A stretch of 64,000 nt of DNA from Burkholderiales bacterium (lineage in GTDB: Bacteria; Pseudomonadota; Gammaproteobacteria; Burkholderiales; Burkholderiaceae_F), in NCBI GenBank assembly GCA_038216465.1, contig JBBQQC010000019.1, positions 482-64,481 on the forward strand. The letters run 5' to 3'. Under the pieces are notes generated by a model. The model saw only the letters and a program-made list of their open reading frames with translations, did no database searches and had not been told where the DNA came from. A program made the position numbers and the translations under genes. This document shows, in pieces, positions 1 through 9,019 of the stretch (the first letter of the stretch is position 1; each line of letters starts with the position of its first letter).

Positions 1-236
1 CCGTCGTCGCACAACCCGATCCGCGCTGGGGCGAAGTGCCGTGCGCATTTGTCGAGCTGAATGAGGGCGCACAGGTGACCGAGGCTGATGTGCTGAGTCA
101 TTGCCGCAAACACCTGGCAGGATTCAAGATGCCGAAGCGGATCATTTTCGGCATCTTGCCGAAGACCTCGACCGGAAAGATTCAAAAATTCTTGCTGCGC
201 CAGCAGGCGAAATCCGCTGCCGCGATCGACGTATAG
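1..236 (+). CDS. 3' end of an AMP-dependent acyl-CoA synthetase/ligase (5' part lies outside the window)
   Basis: Frame is open from the window edge. The C-terminal peptide ...FKMPKRIIFGILPKTSTGKIQKFLLR carries the conserved C-terminal PKTxxGKIxK lysine motif of adenylate-forming enzymes. Confidence 0.75.
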   Translation, partial: VVAQPDPRWGEVPCAFVELNEGAQVTEADVLSHCRKHLAGFKMPKRIIFGILPKTSTGKIQKFLLRQQAKSAAAIDV

Positions 237-244
237 GAACAAGA

Positions 245-1030
245 ATGAACGCACCGATTGTCGAGCAGTACGTACTGAACACTCGCGATGAGCGCGGCGT
301 GGTAACGCTGACGCTGAACCGTCCGCAGCAGTTCAATGCGCTGTCGCGCGAAATGATGGCGGCGCTGCAAACCGAATTCGAAGCGTTGGAGAATGACGAA
401 TCGGTACGCGTGGTCGTGATCGGCGCGCAGGGCAAGGCGTTTTGTCCCGGGCATGACCTGAAGCAGATGAAGGCGAATCCTTCGCTCGAGTACTACCAGG
501 ACTTGTTCTCGCAGTGCACGAAGCTGATGATGACGATTCGGAGGCTGCACGCGCCGGTGATCGCGCGCGTGCACGGCATCGCGACCGCGGCCGGCTGTCA
601 GCTGGTCGCGATGTGCGACCTCGCCGTTGCATCGGCCGACGCGAAGTTCGCGGTCTCGGGGATCAACGTCGGGCTGTTCTGCTCAACACCGGGTGTCGCG
701 CTAAGCCGCAACGTCGGACGCAAGCAGGCATTTGAAATGCTGGTGACCGGCGACTTCATCGACGCCGGCACTGCGCGCGAGCGCGGGCTGGTGAATCGCG
801 TTGTTGCAGCCGATCAACTGGACGCCGAAATCGACAAGCTGATCACATCAATCGTATCGAAACCCAGATCGGCGCTTGCGCTGGGTAAGGACTTGTTTTA
901 CCGCCAGCTCGAATGCGGCATCGAAGCCGCCTATCAGCTCGCGGGCCAGACGATGGCGTGCAACATGATCGATGACTCCGCACAGGAAGGCGTGCAGGCA
1001 TTCATGGAGAAGCGCGCTCCGAAGTGGTGA
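245..1030 (+). CDS. enoyl-CoA hydratase/isomerase (crotonase fold)
   Basis: MNAPIVEQYVLNTRDERGVVTLTLNRPQQFNALS..., then VIGAQGKAFCPGHDL and ATAAGCQLVAMCDL, typical crotonase oxyanion-hole segments. ATG at 245 was chosen because the upstream 48 codons of the tracked ORF overlap the preceding gene. Confidence 0.85.
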   Translation: MNAPIVEQYVLNTRDERGVVTLTLNRPQQFNALSREMMAALQTEFEALENDESVRVVVIGAQGKAFCPGHDLKQMKANPSLEYYQDLFSQCTKLMMTIRRLHAPVIARVHGIATAAGCQLVAMCDLAVASADAKFAVSGINVGLFCSTPGVALSRNVGRKQAFEMLVTGDFIDAGTARERGLVNRVVAADQLDAEIDKLITSIVSKPRSALALGKDLFYRQLECGIEAAYQLAGQTMACNMIDDSAQEGVQAFMEKRAPKW

Positions 1031-1047
1031 GTTGTCGGTAATCCTTT

Positions 1048-1530
1048 CTATCGTCCGAGCTGTGCACGGATAGCCCCGACTGTCTGCTCTCGGGTTCCAG
1101 CGGCATCAACGATGATGCACTGGTCGGGTTCTTCGAGATCAGCGAACTGACTCTCGATCAGACTCGGCGGCATGTAGTGCCCACCTCGACTATCGAGCCG
1201 TGATCGAATCAAGTCGCGATTCGCCTTCAGGTAGACCAAAGTGACATCGGCATCCAGGCATAGGATGCTGCGGTACCCGCGCTTCAGGGCAGAGCAGGCG
1301 AGTACTCCGTTATCACCTCGCTGATTGTGGCTGGCGACGAGCTCGTGCAATTTCTGCAGCCATGGCCTGCGATCTTCGTCGCTGAGCGGAACGCCGGACG
1401 CCATCTTGCGCACGTTGTGCGCGGAATGGAAATCGTCGGCATCGTAAAAGGGCCATGCCAGCTCGGCCGCCAGCAGCTTGCCGATGGTCGTCTTGCCGGA
1501 TCCGGTCACGCCCATGAGAAGAACGAACAT
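1048..1530 (-). CDS. gntK: gluconokinase (P-loop kinase)
   Basis: MFVLLMGVTGSGKTTIGKLLAAEL...YDADDFHSAHNVRKMASGVPLSDEDRRPWLQKL closely follows the GntK pattern (Walker A, DxD-FH, KM-SG-PL-D-DR-PWL). Confidence 0.8.
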   Translation of the reverse strand: MFVLLMGVTGSGKTTIGKLLAAELAWPFYDADDFHSAHNVRKMASGVPLSDEDRRPWLQKLHELVASHNQRGDNGVLACSALKRGYRSILCLDADVTLVYLKANRDLIRSRLDSRGGHYMPPSLIESQFADLEEPDQCIIVDAAGTREQTVGAIRAQLGR

Positions 1531-1659
1531 GATGCCTTGCGCCGTTATCCCCTTCCGAGGGTGCCCGTAGGGGGCGGACAGTACCTAGTGGCACGCTGGG
1601 CGTGCAAGTGTGCTTCTGGCCGGAGGCGGCCGGCCTGGCACTCGAGATGACTAAGTGAC

Positions 1660-3843
1660 CTAAGCGGCCCGCTTTTGCAAGACCGAAGCGGGCTCTTCGC
1701 CGCGGGTCGTGTTGTCCAGCCGCAAGGTCAGGCAATAGGCCGCTCCTCCGGAGCGATTGAACGAATCGAGCGGCACGATATTGACGTGGTAGCAACGCGC
1801 AGCGAGTGTCGCAAGCGTCGCCGCAGAAGCACTGCACATCACGACCTCGCGCCCGATGCACACCGAATTGACGCCCAGGTGAAAAGCATCTTCATCATTT
1901 GCTTCGATCAGCTTGTCTTCGCCGACGATCTCGCGCACTTCGCTCGCTGCGCTGGGCGAGAAGGCCGCTGGGTACCACAGCACGTCGCCGCCCGACAGAA
2001 CGCAAAAGCACGTGTCGAGGTGATAAAAGCGCGGGTCAATCAGTTCGAGCGCAATGGCCGGCACGCCATATACCTCTTCGATCGCGCGAAACATGTCGCG
2101 GCTCGAGCGTTGGCCGTAGCCGGTCCAGATCAGGCGACGCGTCGCATCCCAGATTGCGTCGCCGGCGCCTTCGAAGAACTGACCGGCGGGGGGATCAACG
2201 ATTTGATCAACGACACCCCGCGCGCGCAATGCTTCAAAGAATCTGCGGTTGTGCGCTTCTTCGCCGCGCCGCTCGGCGCACAGAAAGCGCGCCAGCAGCA
2301 CCTTTCGATCGAGCACAACGGCGGCATTGGCGGTAAACACCATGTCCGGCAGCCCTGCCACGGGTTGCTGCACTTCGATTCGCGCACCGAGTCGCTCGTA
2401 CGTTTGTTTCAGTTGATTCCAGCCGCGCTTCGCGTCGCCGGCAAGCTTCTCGCGCGAGACTGACCACTGCGACGGCTGCATCCAGGGGTTGATCCTGTAG
2501 CTGACCTCGAAATGTTCGGGTGCGCTCATCATCAAGTGAGTCGTCGTCGGCGTGACGGAACGCGGCGTCTGCGTCTTGCTCGCGTTGTCCAGTTCTCTAT
2601 CGCCAGGATCGAATTCCGCCAGGACTGCGGCGAAAACGTCGACACCCCAGTCAAGCGCATCGCGGTCGATCGTCAGCGCCGGCGCGAATCGAATCACTGT
2701 CTCGTGCGTGTCCTTGGTCAACACGCCGCGCTCCGCCATCCGTTCGGCGACCTTGCGCGCGGACACGCTGGCGTCGAGCTCGACGCCGGCCCACAGCCCG
2801 CGCCCGCGCACCGCGCGGATCAGCGGCGACGACAGACCACGCAAGCGCGACAACAGATGCGTGCCGAGTTCACGGCTGCGTTCGACGAGTTGTTCTTCCT
2901 CGATCACGGCGAGCGCCTCCCGGCCGACACGAGCGGCCAAAGGATTGCCGCCAAAAGTCGAGCCGTGGCTGCCGGGCTCGAGCAGATCCATCACCGTGTT
3001 GATCGCCACGAACGCCGATACCGGCAGCAAGCCGCCGCCGAGCGCCTTGCCGACGATCACACCGTCGGGGCGAATGCCTTCGTGCATGTAGGCAAACCAT
3101 TCGCCGGTGCGCCCGAGTCCCGACTGAATCTCGTCCAGGATCAGCAGCACGTTGCGTTCGTTCGCTAGTTCGCGCGCCGCACGGAGGAAGCCTGGCGGTG
3201 GCAGCACGATGCCCGCTTCGCCCTGGATCGGTTCGATCAGGATGGCGCACGTTTCGTCGTCGATTGCCGCGCGCAGCGAATCGATGTTGCCGAATTCAAA
3301 ATGGCGAAATCCCGGCGCGAAGGGGCCGAAGTCGGCGCGATACACGGCCTCGTTCGAGAAGCCGACGATCGTGGTCGAGCGCCCGTGGAAGTTGCCGCGC
3401 GCAACGACGATATTGGCGCGATCGGCGGCGATGCCTTTGACTCGGTAGCCCCAACGTCGCACGGCTTTGATCGCCGTTTCGACCGATTCGGCGCCGCCGC
3501 TGGCAGGCAGTGCTTTGGCGGGGTGCGCCAGATCGGCCACTTCGACCAGCTTGGCGAGAAAGGGACCGAGCTCGGTCGAGTGATACGCACGCGAGGTGAC
3601 TGCAACACGCTGCGCCTGTTCGGTCAGCGCAGCAACCAGGCGCGGATGCGCGTGTCCATGGCTGACGGCGGAGTACGCCGACATGAAGTCAAGATAACGC
3701 TTGCCGTCGGCATCCCACAGCCAGCTGCCCGCGCCGCGATCGAGCACGACCGCAATCGGCGCGTAGTTAGGCGCCGCGACGCTTTGCTCGACAGCGATTG
3801 CCAGTTCGGCCTGGTTGATTTTCATATTCACTCGCGCGTTCAT
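1660..3843 (-). CDS. single-frame fusion: N-terminal class-III aminotransferase (ornithine aminotransferase-like), C-terminal amidinotransferase / guanidino-group-modifying enzyme domain
   Basis: N-terminal half has LWDADGKRYLDFMSAYSAVSHGH, ILDEIQSGLGRTG and VGKALGGG (PLP lysine region). After a Thr/Pro linker, the C-terminal ~290 aa has HLMMSAPEHFEVSYRINPWM, FYHLDTCF and GGAAYCLTLRL (C-terminal catalytic Cys context). Start set to the ATG at 3843, preceded by GAGGA five nt upstream. ATGs at 3864 and 3825 are alternatives. Confidence 0.8.
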   Translation of the reverse strand: MNARVNMKINQAELAIAVEQSVAAPNYAPIAVVLDRGAGSWLWDADGKRYLDFMSAYSAVSHGHAHPRLVAALTEQAQRVAVTSRAYHSTELGPFLAKLVEVADLAHPAKALPASGGAESVETAIKAVRRWGYRVKGIAADRANIVVARGNFHGRSTTIVGFSNEAVYRADFGPFAPGFRHFEFGNIDSLRAAIDDETCAILIEPIQGEAGIVLPPPGFLRAARELANERNVLLILDEIQSGLGRTGEWFAYMHEGIRPDGVIVGKALGGGLLPVSAFVAINTVMDLLEPGSHGSTFGGNPLAARVGREALAVIEEEQLVERSRELGTHLLSRLRGLSSPLIRAVRGRGLWAGVELDASVSARKVAERMAERGVLTKDTHETVIRFAPALTIDRDALDWGVDVFAAVLAEFDPGDRELDNASKTQTPRSVTPTTTHLMMSAPEHFEVSYRINPWMQPSQWSVSREKLAGDAKRGWNQLKQTYERLGARIEVQQPVAGLPDMVFTANAAVVLDRKVLLARFLCAERRGEEAHNRRFFEALRARGVVDQIVDPPAGQFFEGAGDAIWDATRRLIWTGYGQRSSRDMFRAIEEVYGVPAIALELIDPRFYHLDTCFCVLSGGDVLWYPAAFSPSAASEVREIVGEDKLIEANDEDAFHLGVNSVCIGREVVMCSASAATLATLAARCYHVNIVPLDSFNRSGGAAYCLTLRLDNTTRGEEPASVLQKRAA

Positions 3844-3996
3844 GTCGATCCTCGTTTCCTTCATAGGAATGTAGAGACGACGCGCGAAATGCGAGGCGGA
3901 AGTAATACGGCGGAAATGCCGAATTTGAACGGCTTTGCTGGTGGAACTACAGATTCGGCGGTGCGCTGCAGCGTTGTGGCAGGCGGCCTGAAAAGC

Positions 3997-4470
3997 TTAC
4001 GGCAACGGATAGCCGCGATACGGCTTGATCGTCTGCAGCTCCGGTTTCGAAGTGATCTTTTCGACGCCGAGCGCTGGATCGTCGGTCCACGCGTTGGTCA
4101 GCTCGCGATAGTGGTCGAGGTCGCGGCACGCCAGGCGCAGCACGTAGTCGCATTGTCCTGATACCAGAAAGCACTCGACCACTTCATCAGCCGCACGCGC
4201 GCGCTGCTCGAAGCGTGCGTGAGTGGCCTGCTTCTGGTCTCGCAACGTGACTTCGACCATGACGGTGAGAACGCCGCCCAGCTTGCGAGGTTCGATCAGT
4301 GCCATGTAGCCGGAAATGACGCCGGCGCGCTCCAGCCGCCGCACGCGCTCGAGGCACGCACGCGGGCTCAACGCGATTCGGGTCGAAAGGTCCTGATTGG
4401 TGATGCGCCCGTCGAGCTGAAGCGTCTCCAGAATTTTTCGATCGATCCGGTCGAGGTCGCGCGTGGCCAT
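3997..4470 (-). CDS. Lrp/AsnC family transcriptional regulator
   Basis: MATRDLDRIDRKILETLQLDGRITNQDLSTRIALSPRACLERVRRLERAGVISGY is the canonical AsnC-type HTH, followed by a RAM/ligand domain. It lies directly upstream of, and co-oriented with, the aminotransferase fusion. Confidence 0.85.
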   Translation of the reverse strand: MATRDLDRIDRKILETLQLDGRITNQDLSTRIALSPRACLERVRRLERAGVISGYMALIEPRKLGGVLTVMVEVTLRDQKQATHARFEQRARAADEVVECFLVSGQCDYVLRLACRDLDHYRELTNAWTDDPALGVEKITSKPELQTIKPYRGYPLP

Positions 4471-4514
4471 GCTCAAGTATACGAAGCATGGCGTGCCGCG
4501 TGTCATGCTGGGTC

Positions 4515-4676
4515 ATGGCGATCTTCGATTCAGCTGCGCGCAATCCCGTTGTCCGTCCGCGCGAAGTGGTGGCGTGGGCCGGTTACGACCTTGCGAACAC
4601 TGGCTACACGACGATTGTTCTGACGGCCGTGTCCACGCGTGACTACAACGCGGCGATTCCCGCCTTCGCAATCTGA
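4515..4676 (+). pseudogene. probable N-terminal remnant of an MFS (UMF1/Atg22-like) transporter gene, truncated after ~40 codons
   Basis: Short ORF divergent from the Lrp gene encodes ...RPREVVAWAGYDLANTGYTTIVLTAV, which resembles the conserved N-terminal W-x-x-YD-x-ANS/T-x-Y motif of UMF1-type MFS transporters. Similarity ends near 4631 and the frame runs into the 3' end of the convergent GlcG-like gene. Confidence 0.35.
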
Positions 4677-5041
4677 GCGTCCTCGCTCGACTTCACGCCC
4701 GATACGCCGACCGCGCCGACGACGTAGCCATCGACGATGATCGGCACCCCGCCTTCGAGCATGCCGTCCAACGGCGCCGACAAAAATGCGGTGCGCCCCT
4801 GATTGATCATGTCTTCATACAGTTTCGTCTCGCGCTTGCCGAGCGCGGCGGCGCGTGCCTTGGCCGGCGCTATCGACGACGAGATCGGTGCCACGCCGTC
4901 GAGCCGGTGTAGCAACACCAGATGGCCGCCGTCGTCGCAGATTGCGATGACGACCTTCCAGTGATGTTCGTGCGCTTCGGCTTCTGCGGCGGCCATCACG
5001 CGTCGAGCGTCTTCAAGCGTCAGCCAAGGTTTTGTTTTCAT
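4643..5041 (-). CDS. GlcG/HbpS-like (DUF336) heme-binding protein
   Basis: 132 aa. C-terminal GGVPIIVDGYVVGAVGVSGVKSSEDAQIA matches the GlcG family signature. Confidence 0.8.
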   Translation of the reverse strand: MKTKPWLTLEDARRVMAAAEAEAHEHHWKVVIAICDDGGHLVLLHRLDGVAPISSSIAPAKARAAALGKRETKLYEDMINQGRTAFLSAPLDGMLEGGVPIIVDGYVVGAVGVSGVKSSEDAQIAKAGIAAL

Positions 5042-5054
5042 CGATTCATTTCGG

Positions 5055-5804
5055 CTAGTCGACGGCAGCTAGAAGGTAGTAGTGCAGTTGCGAAAGCCAT
5101 TCGCGCAGAGCAATGTGCGAATGAAGCAATGCGGCCGGCCCGGGGATCAGTTGATACGCTGCCACGGGTCGCTGTCCGCTGTAACCGGTCGGCGCAGGAA
5201 CTACCAGCAGGCCGGCGAGTTCGAACGCGCGTTGCGCACGCGGCATGTGCACCGCGTCGGTGACGAGCGTGATGCGGGTCACCTGTTGCGGCTGCAAATC
5301 GCGCGCTGTCACGAGCGCCTGCTCGCGCGTTGTTTCGGCCGCAGCGTCGACCCATTTGACCGGCACGCTGAATTCGCTCACAAGCAGTGCCTGCATCAAC
5401 GTGCCTTCAGCCGCGTCGCCACCGGCGGGTCTACCCCCGCTGACGTAGACAGGCAGCCCGGTCTCGCGCGCAAGACGTGCACCGTAGCGGGCGCGCCGTA
5501 GCGTGTAGTCGTTGATCGTTTCGCCGCCCCATTCGGGCGACGCAAGATTGCGCCCACCGCCCAGCACGACGATCGCTTGCGTCCGCCTGACGTCGTCGAT
5601 CGCAGCCGGCGGCGGCTCCAGCGTGCGCACAATCGCGTTGGCAACGAGTGGCAGCGAAAGTGCCAGCAGCAGCAGTTGCGAGCCGGCGATCAGCACACTG
5701 CCAGTGACACGCCGCCGCTTCAGCATCGACACGCCGATCAGCGTCATCGCGATCAGCGAAGTCGGTGGCAGCAGCAGGCTCGAGAGGGCGTAGTTGAATG
5801 TCAC
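5055..5804 (-). CDS. YdcF/ElyC-like DUF218 family protein with N-terminal membrane segments
   Basis: Two N-terminal hydrophobic helices, then AIVVLGGGR...VSGG...TSAVHMPRA-type DUF218 core (IVVLGGGRN, VYVSGGRPAG, LVTDAVHMPRA). GTG start overlaps the prpE stop (GTGA). Confidence 0.75.
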   Translation of the reverse strand: MTFNYALSSLLLPPTSLIAMTLIGVSMLKRRRVTGSVLIAGSQLLLLALSLPLVANAIVRTLEPPPAAIDDVRRTQAIVVLGGGRNLASPEWGGETINDYTLRRARYGARLARETGLPVYVSGGRPAGGDAAEGTLMQALLVSEFSVPVKWVDAAAETTREQALVTARDLQPQQVTRITLVTDAVHMPRAQRAFELAGLLVVPAPTGYSGQRPVAAYQLIPGPAALLHSHIALREWLSQLHYYLLAAVD

Positions 5805-7696
5805 GCGTGAATCGCATGCTTGATTTGGTCAAGCGCGGTCGGATCCTCGATGGTCGTCAGATCGCCCGGGTCGCGCCCTTCGGCAAGCGCCTGGATCGAT
5901 CGTCGCAACAACTTGCCCGATCTCGTCTTCGGGAGCACGCCAACAAAGTGCACGCGCGCCGGGCGCGCAACGGCCCCCAACTGCGAGTCGACGACTTTCA
6001 TCATTTCGCCCTCGTGCGCGAATTTCTTTTCCTGCGTATCGGCCTGTGTTGGATCCTTGAGAATCGCGAACGCGAGTGCGACCTGACCCTTCAAAGGATC
6101 GGCAACGCCAACAACCGCGACTTCGGCGACATTCGGATGCGATGACAGCGATTCCTCGATCTCGCGTGTTCCGAGCCGGTGGCCGGCGACGTTGATTACG
6201 TCGTCGGTGCGGCCGAGGATGAAGAAGTAGCCGTCATCATCACGGATGCCCCAGTCGAACGTCGAGTAGACGCTCTGGCCAGGCACGCTGGTCCAGTAAG
6301 TTCGCACGAAGCGGTCATCGTCGCGCCACACTGTCGTCATGCAGCCGGGCGGCAACGGACCCTCGATCGCCACCACGCCTTTCTGATGCGGCTTCGTGAT
6401 CTCTTCACCGGTTGCTTCGTCGAAAATCTTGACCGAGTATCCCGCCGCCGGAACACCCGGTGACCCGAACTTGGACGGCAACGCTTCGACATTGCGCGAA
6501 ATTCCGAGAATTGGCCACCCGGTTTCGGTTTGCCAGTAGTTATCGATAACAGGTTTGCCAACGCCATCGGCGATCCAGCGCGCGGTCGTCTCGTCGAGCG
6601 GTTCACCGGCGAGAAACAGCAAACGCAGACTCGACAGGTCGTATTTCTTCAGCAGCGCCGGATCCTGTTTCTTCAGTACGCGAATTGCGGTCGGTGACGA
6701 GAACATCACATTGACCTTGTACTTCTCGACGATGCTCCACCAGATTCCGCCGTCCGGACGAATCGGCAGGCCTTCGTACATTACCGTGGCCATGCCGTTA
6801 ATCAGCGGCCCGTAGACGATGTATGAATGGCCGACGACCCAGCCGATATCGCTGGTGGAAAAGTAGGTCTCGCCGGGCTGGCTGCAGAAAATATCGCGCA
6901 TCGACGCGGCGAGCGCGACGGCGTGCCCGCCCGTATCGCGCTGCACGCCTTTCGGCTTGCCGGTCGTGCCCGACGTGTACAGGATGTAGCTTGGTTCTGA
7001 CGACTCGAGCCATTCACACGGTACTTCGTCGTTCATGTGCTCCGCTCGCAACGTCGCGTAGTCGACATCGCGTCCGGGAACGCGCTTCATGTCCGCGAGC
7101 TTGCGATCGATCAGCAGCACTTTCGGCGGCGGATGCTTGGCTAGGGCGATCGCTTCGTCGAGCAAGTGCTTGTACGGGATCGGCTTGCCTGCGCGCGACC
7201 CCGCATCGGCGGAGATGATCAGCGCCGGCTGCGCATCGTCGATACGCGTGGCCAGGCTGACCGATGCGAAGCCGCCGAACACAACCGAGTGGATCGCGCC
7301 GATTCGCGCGCACGCCAACATCGCGAAAGCCGCCTCGGGAATCATCGGCAGATAGATCAGGACGCGATCGCCGCGCGCTACGCCAAGAGATTTCAGAATT
7401 CCCGCCATCCGATTGACTTCGCGATACAGCTGGCGGTAGGTATAGGTTTTTTCGTCGCCCGTCTCGGTCGACACGTAAATCAGTGCCGCTTGATCGCCGC
7501 GCTCGGCGAGATGGCGGTCGATCGCGTTATGCGCGAGATTGGTGGTGCCGCCGACGAACCACCTTGCAAACGGCGGATTCGAGTAGTCGAGTACCTGGGA
7601 GAACGGCGCGCGCCAGTCGATCAAGCGCGCCTGGTCGCCCCAGAAGCCGGCAGGGTCACTGAGTGACCTTGCGTGGTACTCCCTGTACGTCGTCAT
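5801..7696 (-). CDS. prpE: propionate--CoA ligase (acyl-CoA synthetase, PrpE-like)
   Basis: N-terminus MTTYREYHARSLSDPAGFWGDQARLIDWRAPFSQVLDYSNPPFARWFVGGTTNLAHNAIDRHL parallels enterobacterial PrpE. AMP-binding motif YTSGTTGKPKG and C-terminal LPKTRSGKLLRR are present. Confidence 0.85.
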   Translation of the reverse strand: MTTYREYHARSLSDPAGFWGDQARLIDWRAPFSQVLDYSNPPFARWFVGGTTNLAHNAIDRHLAERGDQAALIYVSTETGDEKTYTYRQLYREVNRMAGILKSLGVARGDRVLIYLPMIPEAAFAMLACARIGAIHSVVFGGFASVSLATRIDDAQPALIISADAGSRAGKPIPYKHLLDEAIALAKHPPPKVLLIDRKLADMKRVPGRDVDYATLRAEHMNDEVPCEWLESSEPSYILYTSGTTGKPKGVQRDTGGHAVALAASMRDIFCSQPGETYFSTSDIGWVVGHSYIVYGPLINGMATVMYEGLPIRPDGGIWWSIVEKYKVNVMFSSPTAIRVLKKQDPALLKKYDLSSLRLLFLAGEPLDETTARWIADGVGKPVIDNYWQTETGWPILGISRNVEALPSKFGSPGVPAAGYSVKIFDEATGEEITKPHQKGVVAIEGPLPPGCMTTVWRDDDRFVRTYWTSVPGQSVYSTFDWGIRDDDGYFFILGRTDDVINVAGHRLGTREIEESLSSHPNVAEVAVVGVADPLKGQVALAFAILKDPTQADTQEKKFAHEGEMMKVVDSQLGAVARPARVHFVGVLPKTRSGKLLRRSIQALAEGRDPGDLTTIEDPTALDQIKHAIHA

Positions 7697-8867
7697 GCAA
7701 TCCTCCGTCGGCCGGCTGTTGCAATTCCTTTTGTTGTCGCACCAGCTTCAGGAGCGGTGCCACCTGCTCCAGCAATCTTGGCAGATGAGGCACCACTTCG
7801 GCAGCGCGTCCGGCGCGAATCAGCGCCAGCGCGAGATTAATGTCCATCGACCCGTCTTCGGGCTTCGGATCCATGGAGCCGGGGGCCGCACCCTCGGATG
7901 TGCCCAAAATAATGCGGCGCGAGCGGTTTTGCTGCGCCTGGGCTGAACGTTTCTGCGCCAGTGTGCGCAGCTCCTCGGCACTGCGCCGCAGCTCTTCGGA
8001 TAGCGTAGAAAGCCCGATACAGGTCCAGACCTCGACGCCCGGTCCGGCCGCCTCAATATTTTCAAGAACTTTTCGCAGGCGCGCGGCGAAGCGCAGCACG
8101 CCCGAAAGCCCGCTTGACGGCGTGGCGACGCAGAACTCCATGCGATCGGTCCGGGTGCCCAGGTCTTCGAGCCGGATCGACGCAGCCAGCGCGCGTCCCA
8201 CCAGCTTGATGCGCTGATCCGTCTCGCCTTCCCACTGTTCGTTCTGCGGCATCGACAGCTCGACGCGTATGCAGATCAGCGCCACATCCGACAGATTGCG
8301 GCGCGCGAACGAAATCAGCTTTTCGACCTGTTTGTCGAAGAACGGCTGGTTTAGCAGCTCGGTATCCGAATCGACGGTGCGCGACGATTCGAGCGACGCC
8401 TGGCTTTCGGCCAGCATCTCGCGCGTCGTCGAAAGACGCACCAGCACTTCCATCCGCGCCAGCAGCTCGGCTGCTCCGACCCCCTTTTGTATGAAATCTG
8501 TTGCACCGAGCGAGGCGGCGCGGTCGCGTTCTCCGCTATCGTCTTCGCCGGAGATGATCACCATCGGCAGCTCGCGAATGCGCTGCACCTTGGACGAGCG
8601 CACGCGGTTCAGCAGCTCAAAGCCGTCGACCTTCGGCATCGTCAGGTCACTAATCACGACGCGGATCGATGAATCGAGCAGGATCGCCTGCCAGGCGGCC
8701 TCGCCGTCGGTGACCTCGCGCAGCTCGAAACGGTCGCGCAGATGCTGGCCGATCGACGCGCGGACGATGCGCGAATCGTCGCAGATCAACACACGCGGTT
8801 TCGGATTGCCGGCCGCAACGGCAGGCGTGGCGGCCCGGGCGGATTCCTTCTTTGCTTCAATCGCCAA
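7656..8867 (-). CDS. response regulator: REC domain plus degenerate GGDEF-like domain
   Basis: REC: RVLICDDSRIVRAS...VISDLTMPKVDGFELL...MVIISGEDD. The C-terminal domain has GGDEF-domain architecture, but the signature position reads TRTDRMEFCVATP instead of GGDEF. The 3' end overlaps the prpE start by 41 nt. Confidence 0.75.
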   Translation of the reverse strand: MAIEAKKESARAATPAVAAGNPKPRVLICDDSRIVRASIGQHLRDRFELREVTDGEAAWQAILLDSSIRVVISDLTMPKVDGFELLNRVRSSKVQRIRELPMVIISGEDDSGERDRAASLGATDFIQKGVGAAELLARMEVLVRLSTTREMLAESQASLESSRTVDSDTELLNQPFFDKQVEKLISFARRNLSDVALICIRVELSMPQNEQWEGETDQRIKLVGRALAASIRLEDLGTRTDRMEFCVATPSSGLSGVLRFAARLRKVLENIEAAGPGVEVWTCIGLSTLSEELRRSAEELRTLAQKRSAQAQQNRSRRIILGTSEGAAPGSMDPKPEDGSMDINLALALIRAGRAAEVVPHLPRLLEQVAPLLKLVRQQKELQQPADGGLHDDVQGVPRKVTQ

Positions 8868-9019
8868 CTGAGTTCTCGGTTAGCTGCGCGGCGCGCTTGT
8901 GCACCGTAGGCGGCGAGCCTCGGAATTTAACCGAAATGACCGCGGATTGAGCGGTAAAAGCCGCGGAGTTCCTTAGCTTTTCGTTCGCTTCCTCGCCATT
9001 TCACGCTATAGGGCGAGCG

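Noticed and set aside
1600-1650. GC-rich hairpin (GGCCGG...CCGGCC) downstream of the aminotransferase fusion as a terminator
   Set aside because: The stem is short and, on the minus strand, is not followed by a T-run. The evidence is too weak to annotate.
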